Source: Acidobacteriota bacterium
GTDB lineage: Bacteria; Acidobacteriota; Terriglobia; Versatilivoradales; Versatilivoraceae
Length of the DNA stretch: 64,000 bases
Reading direction: 5' to 3'
Assembly (NCBI GenBank): GCA_022616615.1
Contig: JAKEER010000295.1
Location: forward strand, 9,768-73,767
In this document: positions 26,092-34,678 of the stretch, piece by piece
How positions within the stretch are numbered: position 1 is the stretch's first letter
Layout of the letters: each line of letters begins with the position of its first letter
The notes under the pieces: model-generated
Told to the model about the DNA's origin: nothing
The model's input: only the letters and a program-made list of their open reading frames with translations
Database searches by the model: none
Translations under genes and position numbers: made by a program

Positions 26092-27462
26092 ATGGATCGA
26101 CGTGAAGTCTTGCGATGGATTTCTGCCGGTGCGATGGCCGGAGGTTCTACGCTTTTCTCGCAGCGTAGCCCGCTGGCGCCGCTTTGGGCCCAGGAAAAAC
26201 CGGCGTCTACCAAGGGGTTGCCCTCGTTGAAGATCAAGGACATCAAGACGGTGCTGAGTGCTCCCAACCGAATCCGGCTGGTAGTGGTCAAGGTCGAGAC
26301 CAGCGAACCAGGCTTGCATGGCTGGGGATGTGCCACTTGGACACAGCGCGCTTATGTGGTGGAAACGGCCGTCGAGAAGTACCTGAAGCCGTTTCTGACC
26401 GGGCGAAACGCGGATGAGATCGAGGATATCTGGCAGTCTGCGTACGTCAGTTCCTATTGGCGGAACGGTCCGGCCATGTTTAACGCAATGAGCGGAGTTG
26501 ACATGGCTCTGTGGGACATCAAGGCCAAGCGGGCCAACATGCCGCTCTACCAGTTGCTGGGTGGGAAGTGCCGTTTCGCTGCCGATTGCTACTATCATGC
26601 TAGCGGCCAGGACTTTCAGGAACTGGAAGAGAACGCTCGCCGGGGAATGGAGCTCGGCTACCGGCACATTCGCATTCAGTCTGGTATTCCCGGCCTGGCA
26701 ACCTATGGCGCCCCATCGCGCAACCAGCGTGCGGGCCAAGATGTGGACGCAGGACCTACCGATCCAAAGGACATTTGGGAGCCGGCTGCCTACTGTCGCA
26801 TGCTGCCCAAGCTGTTCGAGCACTGCCGCGCCAAACTGGGCGACGACGTGGAGCTGTTGCACGACATTCACGAGCGCGTGACGCTGAACCAGGGAGTCAA
26901 CCTCTGCAAGGAACTGGAGAAGTACCGGCCCTTCTTTATCGAGGACCCCTTCCCGCCGGAAGACAACGAGCACTTCCGGCTGGTTCGGCAGCAGTGTGCA
27001 ACGCCGATTGCGATGGGTGAGCTGTTCAACACCATGCACGAGCACGTGCCGCTGATTGCGGGACGCCTGATCGACTATATCCGCACGCACATCTCGCAGA
27101 TCGGCGGCCTCAGCATGGCTCGCAAAGTAGGCGCCCTTTGCGAATTCTTCGGCGTCAAGACGGCGTGGCACGGTCCTGGTGACGCTTCACCCGTTGCGCA
27201 TGCAACGCAGCTGGCGCTGGAACTGGCCAGCTACAACTTTGGTATTCATGAGGGCGGGCGGTTCCCGAAGGAAACAGCAGAGGTCTTCAAGGGCTGCCCG
27301 GAGACCAAGAACGGTTATCTCTACGCCAACGAAGTTCCAGGTCATGGCATCGAGGTCGACGAGGAGCTGGCCAAGAAGTTTCCGTTCCCGAGCGGCCCGC
27401 GCAACTTCGACTATAGTTGGGGCACTACGCGCAGGCGCGATGGAACAGTGATTAGGCCCTAG
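26092..27462 (+). CDS. Enolase-superfamily dehydratase (D-mannonate/D-galactonate dehydratase-like, ManD/RspA subgroup) with a Tat-like leader
   Basis: MDRREVLRWISAGAMAGGSTLF, then IKDIKTVLSAPNRIRLVVVKVETSEPGLHGWGCAT...MALWDIKAK...MPLYQLLGG. ATG 26092 is preceded by aaggag. Confidence 0.75.
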   Translation: MDRREVLRWISAGAMAGGSTLFSQRSPLAPLWAQEKPASTKGLPSLKIKDIKTVLSAPNRIRLVVVKVETSEPGLHGWGCATWTQRAYVVETAVEKYLKPFLTGRNADEIEDIWQSAYVSSYWRNGPAMFNAMSGVDMALWDIKAKRANMPLYQLLGGKCRFAADCYYHASGQDFQELEENARRGMELGYRHIRIQSGIPGLATYGAPSRNQRAGQDVDAGPTDPKDIWEPAAYCRMLPKLFEHCRAKLGDDVELLHDIHERVTLNQGVNLCKELEKYRPFFIEDPFPPEDNEHFRLVRQQCATPIAMGELFNTMHEHVPLIAGRLIDYIRTHISQIGGLSMARKVGALCEFFGVKTAWHGPGDASPVAHATQLALELASYNFGIHEGGRFPKETAEVFKGCPETKNGYLYANEVPGHGIEVDEELAKKFPFPSGPRNFDYSWGTTRRRDGTVIRP

Positions 27463-27463
27463 G

Positions 27464-27492
27464 GAAGTGCGAAGGACGAAGTGCGAAGGTCG
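27464..27492. repeat. Direct array of four 7-nt words, gaagtgc|gaaggac|gaagtgc|gaaggtc
   Basis: Read directly from the sequence. The word family is the same as at 19341-19360. No inverted partner was found nearby. Confidence 0.85.
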
Positions 27493-27702
27493 GTCGCGAA
27501 AAGCTTTGAGTTGTTGAAGCCCTGGCTGCGCAGTGTTCATATCAACGAGCTTTGGAAGAAAGAGTATCCTTGGCGCGAGCTGTTTGGCCTGCTGAGGAAG
27601 GCTGGATTCAACCGGTATAAGCTGGCAGAGATTGACGGGAATCCAGACTGTGTCCGCTTGATGCGTCATTACCGGGCGTTGTGGCTGGAACTTAATAGAT
27701 AA
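27481..27702 (+). pseudogene. 3' remnant (about 70 codons) of a sugar phosphate isomerase/epimerase (xylose isomerase-like TIM barrel) gene
   Basis: LLKPWLRSVHINELWKKEYPWRELFGLLRKAGFNRYKLAEIDGNPDCVRLMRHYRALWLEL resembles the C-terminal end of ~280-300-aa TIM-barrel proteins. The N-terminal ~75% is absent. Confidence 0.5.
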
Positions 27703-27820
27703 TGCCAAGATAGGGCGACCGGCCTCAGCCCGCTGTCCGGGTCTTGTCCGAGGACGGCGCGGTGAGGACACCACGCCCTACGTTGAATTTCGCGTCATCA
27801 ACTATAACAGGAGGGGTTGA

Positions 27821-28804
27821 ATGAGAAGAGCACAGTTACTGATGTCCACAGGGCTCATGTTGGTCATGGCCACACTTTGGATCGCGGCGTGGAAAACTGC
27901 AGTCGAAGCTACTCCGGGAAACGTAAAGCAGATTGCTCCTGGTGTCTGGTTCCGAGAGGGAGAGATCAAGGACAAGGGCCACTGCAACAATATCTGGATC
28001 GAGATGAAGGATTACTTGATCGTCGTAGATGCCAACTTTCCCAGCGGCGCCGAGGCCTGCCTGGCAGACATCAAGAAGACATCGCAGAAGCCGGTGAAGT
28101 ACGTCTTCGATACGCATCACCACGGTGATCACGCGTACGGCAATCCAGTGTGGACCAAGCTTGGAGCCACCACGCTGGCATACGTTGGAGTTGCCGAAGA
28201 GATGAAACGCTACGAGCCGAAACGCTGGCAGGACAGCGCCAAGGGACGCAAGGACGTCAGCGCGCTGAATCTGTCTACGGCAGAGCCGCCAAAGCAAACC
28301 TTCAAAGAGAAGCAGTTTGTATTAGAAGATGGTGCGCGCCGCGTGGAGTTTCACTTCTTCGGCTGGGCGCACACCCGCGGCGACGGGTTCGTTTATCTCC
28401 CAAAGGAAAGTATCATTTGCACGGGAGATGCGGTGGTGAATGGACCCTTCAACTATATGGGCGACGGCAATTCAGCTAATTGGCCGAACGTCATCGACCA
28501 GGTGAAGAAGCTGAAAGTCTCCACGATACTGCCAGGTCACGGCATTCCAGGTGGAAGCGAAGTACTAGACGGGCAGCGACAATTCTTTGTGGAACTGCGG
28601 AAGACTGTGGGAGAAGCGGTGAAGAGCGGCAAGAAGCTGGAAGACTTGGTTGCCAAGAAGGACGACAAACCTGCAACGACGAGTCTGCACCTTCCCGCCT
28701 CGGTTAAGAATTGGACCGGTGATTTTTTGGCCGGGCAGGTTGAAGTGGTTTACAAGGAGATGACCCAGAATAAGCCGCATGGCGAGATCCTAGGCGGAAA
28801 GTAG
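27821..28804 (+). CDS. Exported MBL-fold metallo-hydrolase
   Basis: Signal peptide MRRAQLLMSTGLMLVMATLWIAA and the HxHxDH motif (THHHGDHAYG), with downstream H and D ligands (GWAHTRGD, PGHG). Confidence 0.8.
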   Translation: MRRAQLLMSTGLMLVMATLWIAAWKTAVEATPGNVKQIAPGVWFREGEIKDKGHCNNIWIEMKDYLIVVDANFPSGAEACLADIKKTSQKPVKYVFDTHHHGDHAYGNPVWTKLGATTLAYVGVAEEMKRYEPKRWQDSAKGRKDVSALNLSTAEPPKQTFKEKQFVLEDGARRVEFHFFGWAHTRGDGFVYLPKESIICTGDAVVNGPFNYMGDGNSANWPNVIDQVKKLKVSTILPGHGIPGGSEVLDGQRQFFVELRKTVGEAVKSGKKLEDLVAKKDDKPATTSLHLPASVKNWTGDFLAGQVEVVYKEMTQNKPHGEILGGK

Positions 28805-28809
28805 GTTGC

Positions 28810-28960
28810 ATCGGTTGGGACAAGCACCGGATCATCGTTACTCCGATCGCGCACGAAGAATTCCAGGGCATTCGGGTCACGCCGAATGTTTACACCACAC
28901 TGACTGAGATCGATGGATTCTGCGTGGCGATGGAGAGGGTGGTTCGAGCGGGATTGCGAC
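28810..28960 (+). pseudogene. C-terminal fragment of a class V aminotransferase-fold (PLP) gene
   Basis: Frame 1 reads RIIVTPIAHEEFQGIRVTPNVYTTLTEIDGFCVAMERVVRAG, typical of the last ~45 aa of class V aminotransferases/cysteine desulfurase-like enzymes. No upstream body exists; the MBL gene ends at 28804. Confidence 0.4.
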
Positions 28961-29133
28961 CGTTGCGAAGAGACTTGCCTTGTAGCTCCCGACTGAGGAG
29001 GCGGGTGGCTGGCGAGGGCCGCCTCCTCGCGTCGCCGGCTACGCGTCGCATTTCGCAGAAACGCCACCGGCTTGCCTATAGCAGTGCCCGCCACGAACTC
29101 TCAAGCTTCAAATTCATTCAATGTGAGGTCGAC

Positions 29134-30213
29134 ATGAAACGTCGCCTGTTCGAGACGACATGGTTAATCTTCTTTGCCATTTCCGCCGCCAGAACCCTTC
29201 TTTGCCAGACTCCATCCCAATGGAAAGCCCACGACATGAACCGCCCGCGTCCGCCTGTTGTCAAGCCGGCCGACCAGAAATTACCCGTTTCCCCGCCCTC
29301 GGATGCCGTGGTTCTGTTTGATGGCCGCGATCTCTCCCAGTGGCGCAGTCAGGACGGCGGCCCCGCGAAATGGGTGGCGGCCAACGGTTACATGGAATCG
29401 GTCAAGGGTAGCGGGTATGTTGTATCTCGGGGCACTTTCGGCGACGTGCAGTTGCATGTGGAATGGGCTGCGCCCGTGCCTGTAGTGGGAAAAAGCCAGG
29501 GGCGCGGCAATAGCGGCGTGTTCTTGATGGGCCAGTATGAGATACAGGTGCTGGACTCTTACGAGAATGACACTTACGCCGACGGCCAAGCCGCATCGGT
29601 CTACGGCCAATACCCGCCGCTGGCAAATGTCTGCCGTCCTCCAGGCGAGTGGCAGAGCTACGATATCGTCTTCCGCCGACCGCGTTTCGATCGAACCGGC
29701 GGACTGCTCAAACCGGCGCGGATCACGATTTTACACAACGGCATTTTGGTCCAGGACAATGTGGAGCTCTGGGGACCGACCAACTGGCTGCAGCATTCAC
29801 CCTACCAAGCCCATCCTGACAAACTGCCGATTTCACTGCAGGACCACGGCAATCCGGTGCGCTTTCGCAACATCTGGCTGCGCGAGCTTCCCGAGTGGAA
29901 TGATCCCGGGCCGGCAAACGTCAAGAGCCAGCTTGTGCTGGTTCTGCAATCACAGGAATTGGACCGCTATGTGGGAACGTATCAGCGGCAGACCAGCAAC
30001 AAAGAGATCTACACCATCAAACGGGATGGACAGAAGCTGCGCGCAAACTTCTGGGGCCCGGCAGAAATCGAACTGGTTCCCAACTCCGAGCACGAGTTCT
30101 CTCTGCGTTGGACTGCGGGCAGGCTGGTGTTTGATCTTGCAGCTGATGGAAGGCCCACCGGGTTTACATTTCATCTCGGCGGGGAGGAGTATCCAGTCAA
30201 GAGGATCGAGTGA
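29134..30213 (+). CDS. Exported DUF1080 (3-keto-disaccharide hydrolase-like) protein with an extra C-terminal domain
   Basis: The start was moved to ATG 29134 (MKRRLFETTWLIFFAISAARTLLCQ, a signal peptide). VLFDGRDLSQW...GDVQLHVEW...GNSGVFLMG.YEIQVLD...LQDHGNPVRFRNIWLREL. Confidence 0.8.
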   Translation: MKRRLFETTWLIFFAISAARTLLCQTPSQWKAHDMNRPRPPVVKPADQKLPVSPPSDAVVLFDGRDLSQWRSQDGGPAKWVAANGYMESVKGSGYVVSRGTFGDVQLHVEWAAPVPVVGKSQGRGNSGVFLMGQYEIQVLDSYENDTYADGQAASVYGQYPPLANVCRPPGEWQSYDIVFRRPRFDRTGGLLKPARITILHNGILVQDNVELWGPTNWLQHSPYQAHPDKLPISLQDHGNPVRFRNIWLRELPEWNDPGPANVKSQLVLVLQSQELDRYVGTYQRQTSNKEIYTIKRDGQKLRANFWGPAEIELVPNSEHEFSLRWTAGRLVFDLAADGRPTGFTFHLGGEEYPVKRIE

Positions 30214-30227
30214 GGTTTGAGGGTGGG

Positions 30228-30246
30228 AGCCGCTGTCCCAGCGGCT
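30228..30246. terminator. Stem-loop after the DUF1080 gene, between convergent transcription units
   Basis: agccgctg-tcc-cagcggct forms an 8-bp perfect stem followed by gtctttg. It uses the same CAGCGGC word as the 9583-9650 repeat. Confidence 0.45.
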
Positions 30247-30972
30247 GTCTTTGAGCGGTCGCCTACACGGTTGTGGTTGCATTCCCATCCAGTACGGCAG
30301 CAGGAAGAAGGCGCCGTCGTCTTCGTGGTCCCATTGCTACCGCCATCCAATTGATAAGGACTCCCGTTCCATTTCATGATGACTCGTTCGCCCGGCGGAA
30401 GTGGCAGCACCGCCTGCGGTCTTTGAAACCGATCGCTGTCCTGGCGGGACTGAACATCCCATCGAAAGGAGCTGGGCGTGTTCCAGGAGACCAGGTTCAT
30501 GGGAATCCGCTGCAGTGTCCAGACGGAGTTCATCAAATCAAAGTCTGCCGAATCTGTTGCGGCCGCATAGATGAAGTTCCACCGCCTCAAGCTTTGCAAG
30601 TAAGTGGAGTGCAGCGCAGGCTGGGGAGAATGGCCAGTTCGTCGTCTGCTAGCCATCTTGAGGATACGGCTGTAGCTTGAAGGGCTGCTGGGATGCCATG
30701 GCGGGCAAGGGGGCGCGTGCCAGAGTCGAAAGAGCCAGAGCACCTAGACGAAAACTCAGGATCAAGCACTTGATGGGCATGATGGTTCCTGAAAGCCGCA
30801 TTCGATTTCAGCACGAAGAGTCTCATGCAAAGTTCCAAAGAGCCAAAGAAGCAGAGCATAGCGTGCGCTGCGTTTTCAAATGCAGCACTCACTCCTTTCG
30901 GGACTTCTGTCCTTGGACTCTCTGCGATTTTGCTTGAGACTCTTCGTGCTGGTCCAGAGGGAAGCATTCCTG

Positions 30973-31956
30973 TTACTTGAACGAGGCGCACAGAAACGCC
31001 AGGGACTCACCGAGGTGCAGGCTGACAAGTTCCCACCCGTGCGGCTCGTTGGGATGTTCCTTGAAGGTGTGCGCAATCTGGCGTTCGGTCAGGACGGCGT
31101 CCAGCGCCTTGAGGCCCCGGCCCAAGCCGATGCTTTGGTTGTAACGGTCGGCAGTACCGTAATCGAAATAGATACGCAGGTTGCCGAGACTGGCTGTTTT
31201 GGCGAGGTCCAGCGGGTTATTAGCGCGCCAGCGCTCAACCTCTAAGGGATTACCAAACATGGGAGTAATCATGCGCGTGAACCACTCAAAGCGTCCGCTG
31301 TTCCTGGTCTGTCCTGACATTTGGGCAGGATCGGCGGGGAAAACGATGGGAGAATGCGCCGCCGTGGCCGAGTAGAGATCCTTGTGTTTGAACGCAATCT
31401 TCAAGGCGCCAAAACCTCCCATGGATGTGCCTCCGATGCTTCTCGACTGCCTGCCGGGTTTGGCGCGGTAGGCCTTCTCGACGTGCTGGATCAAATCGCT
31501 CGTGATGAGGTCTTCGTAGTTCCGACTGCCATCGACGTAATTCGTGTAAAAGCTGTTGTCGCCCTTAGGGTGAACCATGAGGATTTCAGGAGCTTTTTTC
31601 TCAGCAATCAGTTTGTCTACTTGCTCGTGCAGATGGCCGTAACGATCTACCGTCCAACTCGTGTGGTCGTTGTTCAGTCCGTGCAGAAAGTACACGACCG
31701 GATAGGTACGGCCGCTTTTGGCATAAGACGGTGGCAAGTAGATGGAAAACTCCCGCTCTTCCTTAAGAGCCGGGCTAGCCAGGGAACCGAACTCAACTCG
31801 CGCGCCGCTCGCTAGCTCGATGGCGCCGCGTTCACTGCGGCGGCGTTCGCTCAGCGTCCGCTCTTGCCCGGCCGCCTGTGAAAACAAACGGCACGGTTGG
31901 ACAAGCGTCAAAGCAAGCAGGCTCACAAGAAAGACTCGCGGTGATGTGTTGCGCAT
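30973..31956 (-). CDS. Exported alpha/beta hydrolase, putative esterase (esterase D-like) family
   Basis: 327 aa with a signal peptide, YPVVYFLHG and the GxSxG nucleophile elbow GGTSMGGFGAL. Confidence 0.8.
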   Translation of the reverse strand: MRNTSPRVFLVSLLALTLVQPCRLFSQAAGQERTLSERRRSERGAIELASGARVEFGSLASPALKEEREFSIYLPPSYAKSGRTYPVVYFLHGLNNDHTSWTVDRYGHLHEQVDKLIAEKKAPEILMVHPKGDNSFYTNYVDGSRNYEDLITSDLIQHVEKAYRAKPGRQSRSIGGTSMGGFGALKIAFKHKDLYSATAAHSPIVFPADPAQMSGQTRNSGRFEWFTRMITPMFGNPLEVERWRANNPLDLAKTASLGNLRIYFDYGTADRYNQSIGLGRGLKALDAVLTERQIAHTFKEHPNEPHGWELVSLHLGESLAFLCASFK

Positions 31957-32217
31957 AACCCTCCAACAGTCGATCGATTCAGTCGGAGGAGTTCTAGCAT
32001 TTCACTTGCGCAAACTCCAGAAGAAAACCGGCAGGCGAAGTAGAAGGCGACCCATGTGTTCTGCCCAGTGCGCCATTCGTGCCTACCGGCGCAGTCGGAC
32101 GCACGGGTTCGTCAGCGCCAGCGACCTGTCTGTTTGAGCCCCCTGCTCCATCGTGGGATAATGAAGCCGTGCTTGCCATCCTTAATAGTGTCCTAAAAGA
32201 ACAACGGAGAAGCTGTC

Positions 32218-33945
32218 ATGCCAGACCGAAAAACCTCCTGGATTGTTGCCATACTCCTACTCGCTTTGGGCCTTTTCTTTGTCCTGGTACTGTATGGCGC
32301 CTACCGGTTGATGCGACCGGGGAAGACAGAAATTACCCAAAAGAGCGTTCTGGAAGTCGACTTGGGCGGCGAAATCGCGGAACTGCCGTCGCCATCCTCT
32401 TTGGCCAGGCTGCTGGATAAAGACGCCGTTTCCATGGTGGACATGGAACGTGCCTTTCGGGCTGCAGCCAAAGACCCCCAAATTACTTCCCTGTTCCTTT
32501 CAATTCATTCCCTGGGAATGCCCTGGGCGCAGGTCGAGGAACTGCGCGACTTTCTCAAAGAGTTCAAGAAGTCCAACAAGAAAGTGATCACTCACCTTCA
32601 GTTGGATATGGCGGAAGAGAAAGAGATGTACCTCGCCTCGCTGGCCGACGAAATCTACCTCAATCCGGACGCGGGATTGCTCATTAACGGCCTGGCAGCC
32701 GAAGTGGAGTTCTACAAACGGACCATGGACAAGCTGAAAGTCGAGCCGCAATTCCTGCAGTTTAAGGAATTCAAGAGCGCAGAATCCTTTACGCGGGAGA
32801 AGATGACTCCCGAGTACCGATCCATGCTGGAGAGCATTCTCAGTGACATTCAGGGGCGCTTTGTCCAGACCGTGGCCCAGGAACGGCGAATCGAGCCAGA
32901 ACGCTTGCAGGAGCTGATCAAAACCGGTATGGCAACAGCGTCGATGGCGCTTAAGGAACGCTTGGTGACAGCGCTGGGCTATGAAGATGAGATTCAGACA
33001 AAACTACTGCCTGAGAAGAGCAAAGAGTACAGGTCTGTGAGCGTTGCCAAGTATTTGAAAGCTGTTCGCGACCGCAGCGGGAAGAAAGCAAAGCATCGCG
33101 TAGCCCTCATTGGAGGCCTGGGTCCGATCACTTCGGGAGCTGGCGACGATGTTTGGGGAAATATCATGGGCGGAGAGACGATGGCGGCCCGACTGCGCGA
33201 AATCCGCAAAGCTAAAGAGGTGAAAGGGGTGTTGTTCCGGGTCAACAGCCCCGGTGGATCGGCAGTCGGTTCGGACAAAGTGTGGCGGGAAGTGCGTCTG
33301 CTGGAGCGCGAAGGCAAGCCAGTGGTGGTGAGCATGAGCGGTGTGGCGGGATCGGGCGGTTACTACATCGCCATGGGAGCGCGCAAAATTGTGGCCCAGC
33401 CTTCCACGATTACGGGTTCAATCGGTGTGATCTTTGGCAAGTTTAACGTTCGCGGACTCTATGAGCACTGGCTGGGCATCACGACCGACGAAATCAAGTT
33501 GGCTGACAACGCGAACATCTTTTCGCCGCTGCATTCATTGTCCGAAGAACAGAAGGCGCAGATCCGAAGCTGGATGGAAGACATCTATCATACCTTTGTG
33601 AAAAAGGCGGCGGAAGGCCGGGGGATGAGGTTTGAAGAGCTCGAGGCGAAGGCTCACGGACGCATTTATACTGGCTCCCAGGCGAAGAATTTGAAGTTGA
33701 TTGATGAAGTCGGCGGATTAAATACCGCGCTGGCGCTGCTTAAGAAAGAACTCAAGATTGCGGATAGTGAAGAGGTTGAGCTGGTGCTGTATCCGAAACC
33801 CAAGAGTGTCTGGCAGTCTTTGGCTGAAGGTGATTTCTTTGGGAGTTCTTTTCCGAGAGTGTCGGTGGAGTCGCTGAGACAGACTGTGCGCTCGATGGAA
33901 ACGCCAGCTCCCTGGCTGCTTGCCCCGGCGGTGGAGATCCGGTAG
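32218..33945 (+). CDS. sppA: Signal peptide peptidase SppA, 67K type
   Basis: 575 aa with an N-terminal TM helix and two ClpP/crotonase-like S49 domains (VNSPGGSAVGS, SMSGVAGSGGYYIA). Confidence 0.9.
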   Translation: MPDRKTSWIVAILLLALGLFFVLVLYGAYRLMRPGKTEITQKSVLEVDLGGEIAELPSPSSLARLLDKDAVSMVDMERAFRAAAKDPQITSLFLSIHSLGMPWAQVEELRDFLKEFKKSNKKVITHLQLDMAEEKEMYLASLADEIYLNPDAGLLINGLAAEVEFYKRTMDKLKVEPQFLQFKEFKSAESFTREKMTPEYRSMLESILSDIQGRFVQTVAQERRIEPERLQELIKTGMATASMALKERLVTALGYEDEIQTKLLPEKSKEYRSVSVAKYLKAVRDRSGKKAKHRVALIGGLGPITSGAGDDVWGNIMGGETMAARLREIRKAKEVKGVLFRVNSPGGSAVGSDKVWREVRLLEREGKPVVVSMSGVAGSGGYYIAMGARKIVAQPSTITGSIGVIFGKFNVRGLYEHWLGITTDEIKLADNANIFSPLHSLSEEQKAQIRSWMEDIYHTFVKKAAEGRGMRFEELEAKAHGRIYTGSQAKNLKLIDEVGGLNTALALLKKELKIADSEEVELVLYPKPKSVWQSLAEGDFFGSSFPRVSVESLRQTVRSMETPAPWLLAPAVEIR

Positions 33946-34597
33946 GAGCCGGAATGGATCGGCAGACCGCCGGGACAAGCAAGACGATCCGAAGGCCATG
34001 AGAAATTTCTGTACCCCATCGTTATTCCGATCGTTGTTGAATTCCCCGTTCTGAACCGCCGTGGCGAACTCGGCCCCGGCTTCGTGCACCCGAGGGTCTT
34101 CCAGGCCATGCCCAGGGCCTCGATTTCGCACACAAAACTCGCTTGTTTCACGTCTCCGATGAAAATCCCCCTTTGAAGAGATTTGAAGAAGGGGAAGAAG
34201 GCGAAGCGACGGCGGTCGCCGAACCTTCAGGGGGTTATCTTGAAAGGTTGGGAATGGCAGATAGACAACCCCCTGCGCGCCGCGCCGCCCGCTTTGTTAA
34301 GGGGAAATATTTTCACAGGTCGTGGCGCCGCAACGCGGCATCAGAAACTCCTAAGAAAATCCCTGTCGGCAGGGACGCAGCCAGACTGGGCCCTTCCCTC
34401 GGAGCCGTGAGAAAAAAGTGGGAGGGCGAGCGTCCCCACGAGCCGGTTGTCAGCGACCCCCACCCGGAGCGGCTCGTAGGCTCGCCCCCCCACTCCAACC
34501 GGCCTCGAAATTTTCACAGCTCCATTCCCAAGAGTGTTGGTTTTCTACAGTGTTCATTCCGCAGCAGCATGCTTCCTATTCTTCCTATTCGGAGCAA

Positions 34598-34625
34598 TTG
34601 ACTTAACAAATTTCTGTCTTATAAT
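34598..34625 (+). promoter_or_regulatory. Candidate sigma-70 promoter of the sigma factor gene
   Basis: TTGACT (34598-34603), a 16-nt spacer, then TATAAT (34620-34625), about 50 nt upstream of ATG 34679. Confidence 0.5.
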
Positions 34626-34678
34626 CTAAAACGAAAATTTTAGGTAGCATAGTTGTGGAATGATTAGACCTCTAAGTC

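Noticed and set aside
28936-28960. tRNA T-arm-like GGTTCGAGC, and a general search for tRNA/rRNA/tmRNA (for example GGGGCTGG at 41512).
   Set aside because: The flanks cannot form T, acceptor or anticodon stems, and there is no tag-peptide ORF or tRNA-like end for tmRNA. I found no convincing tRNA, rRNA or tmRNA in the window.
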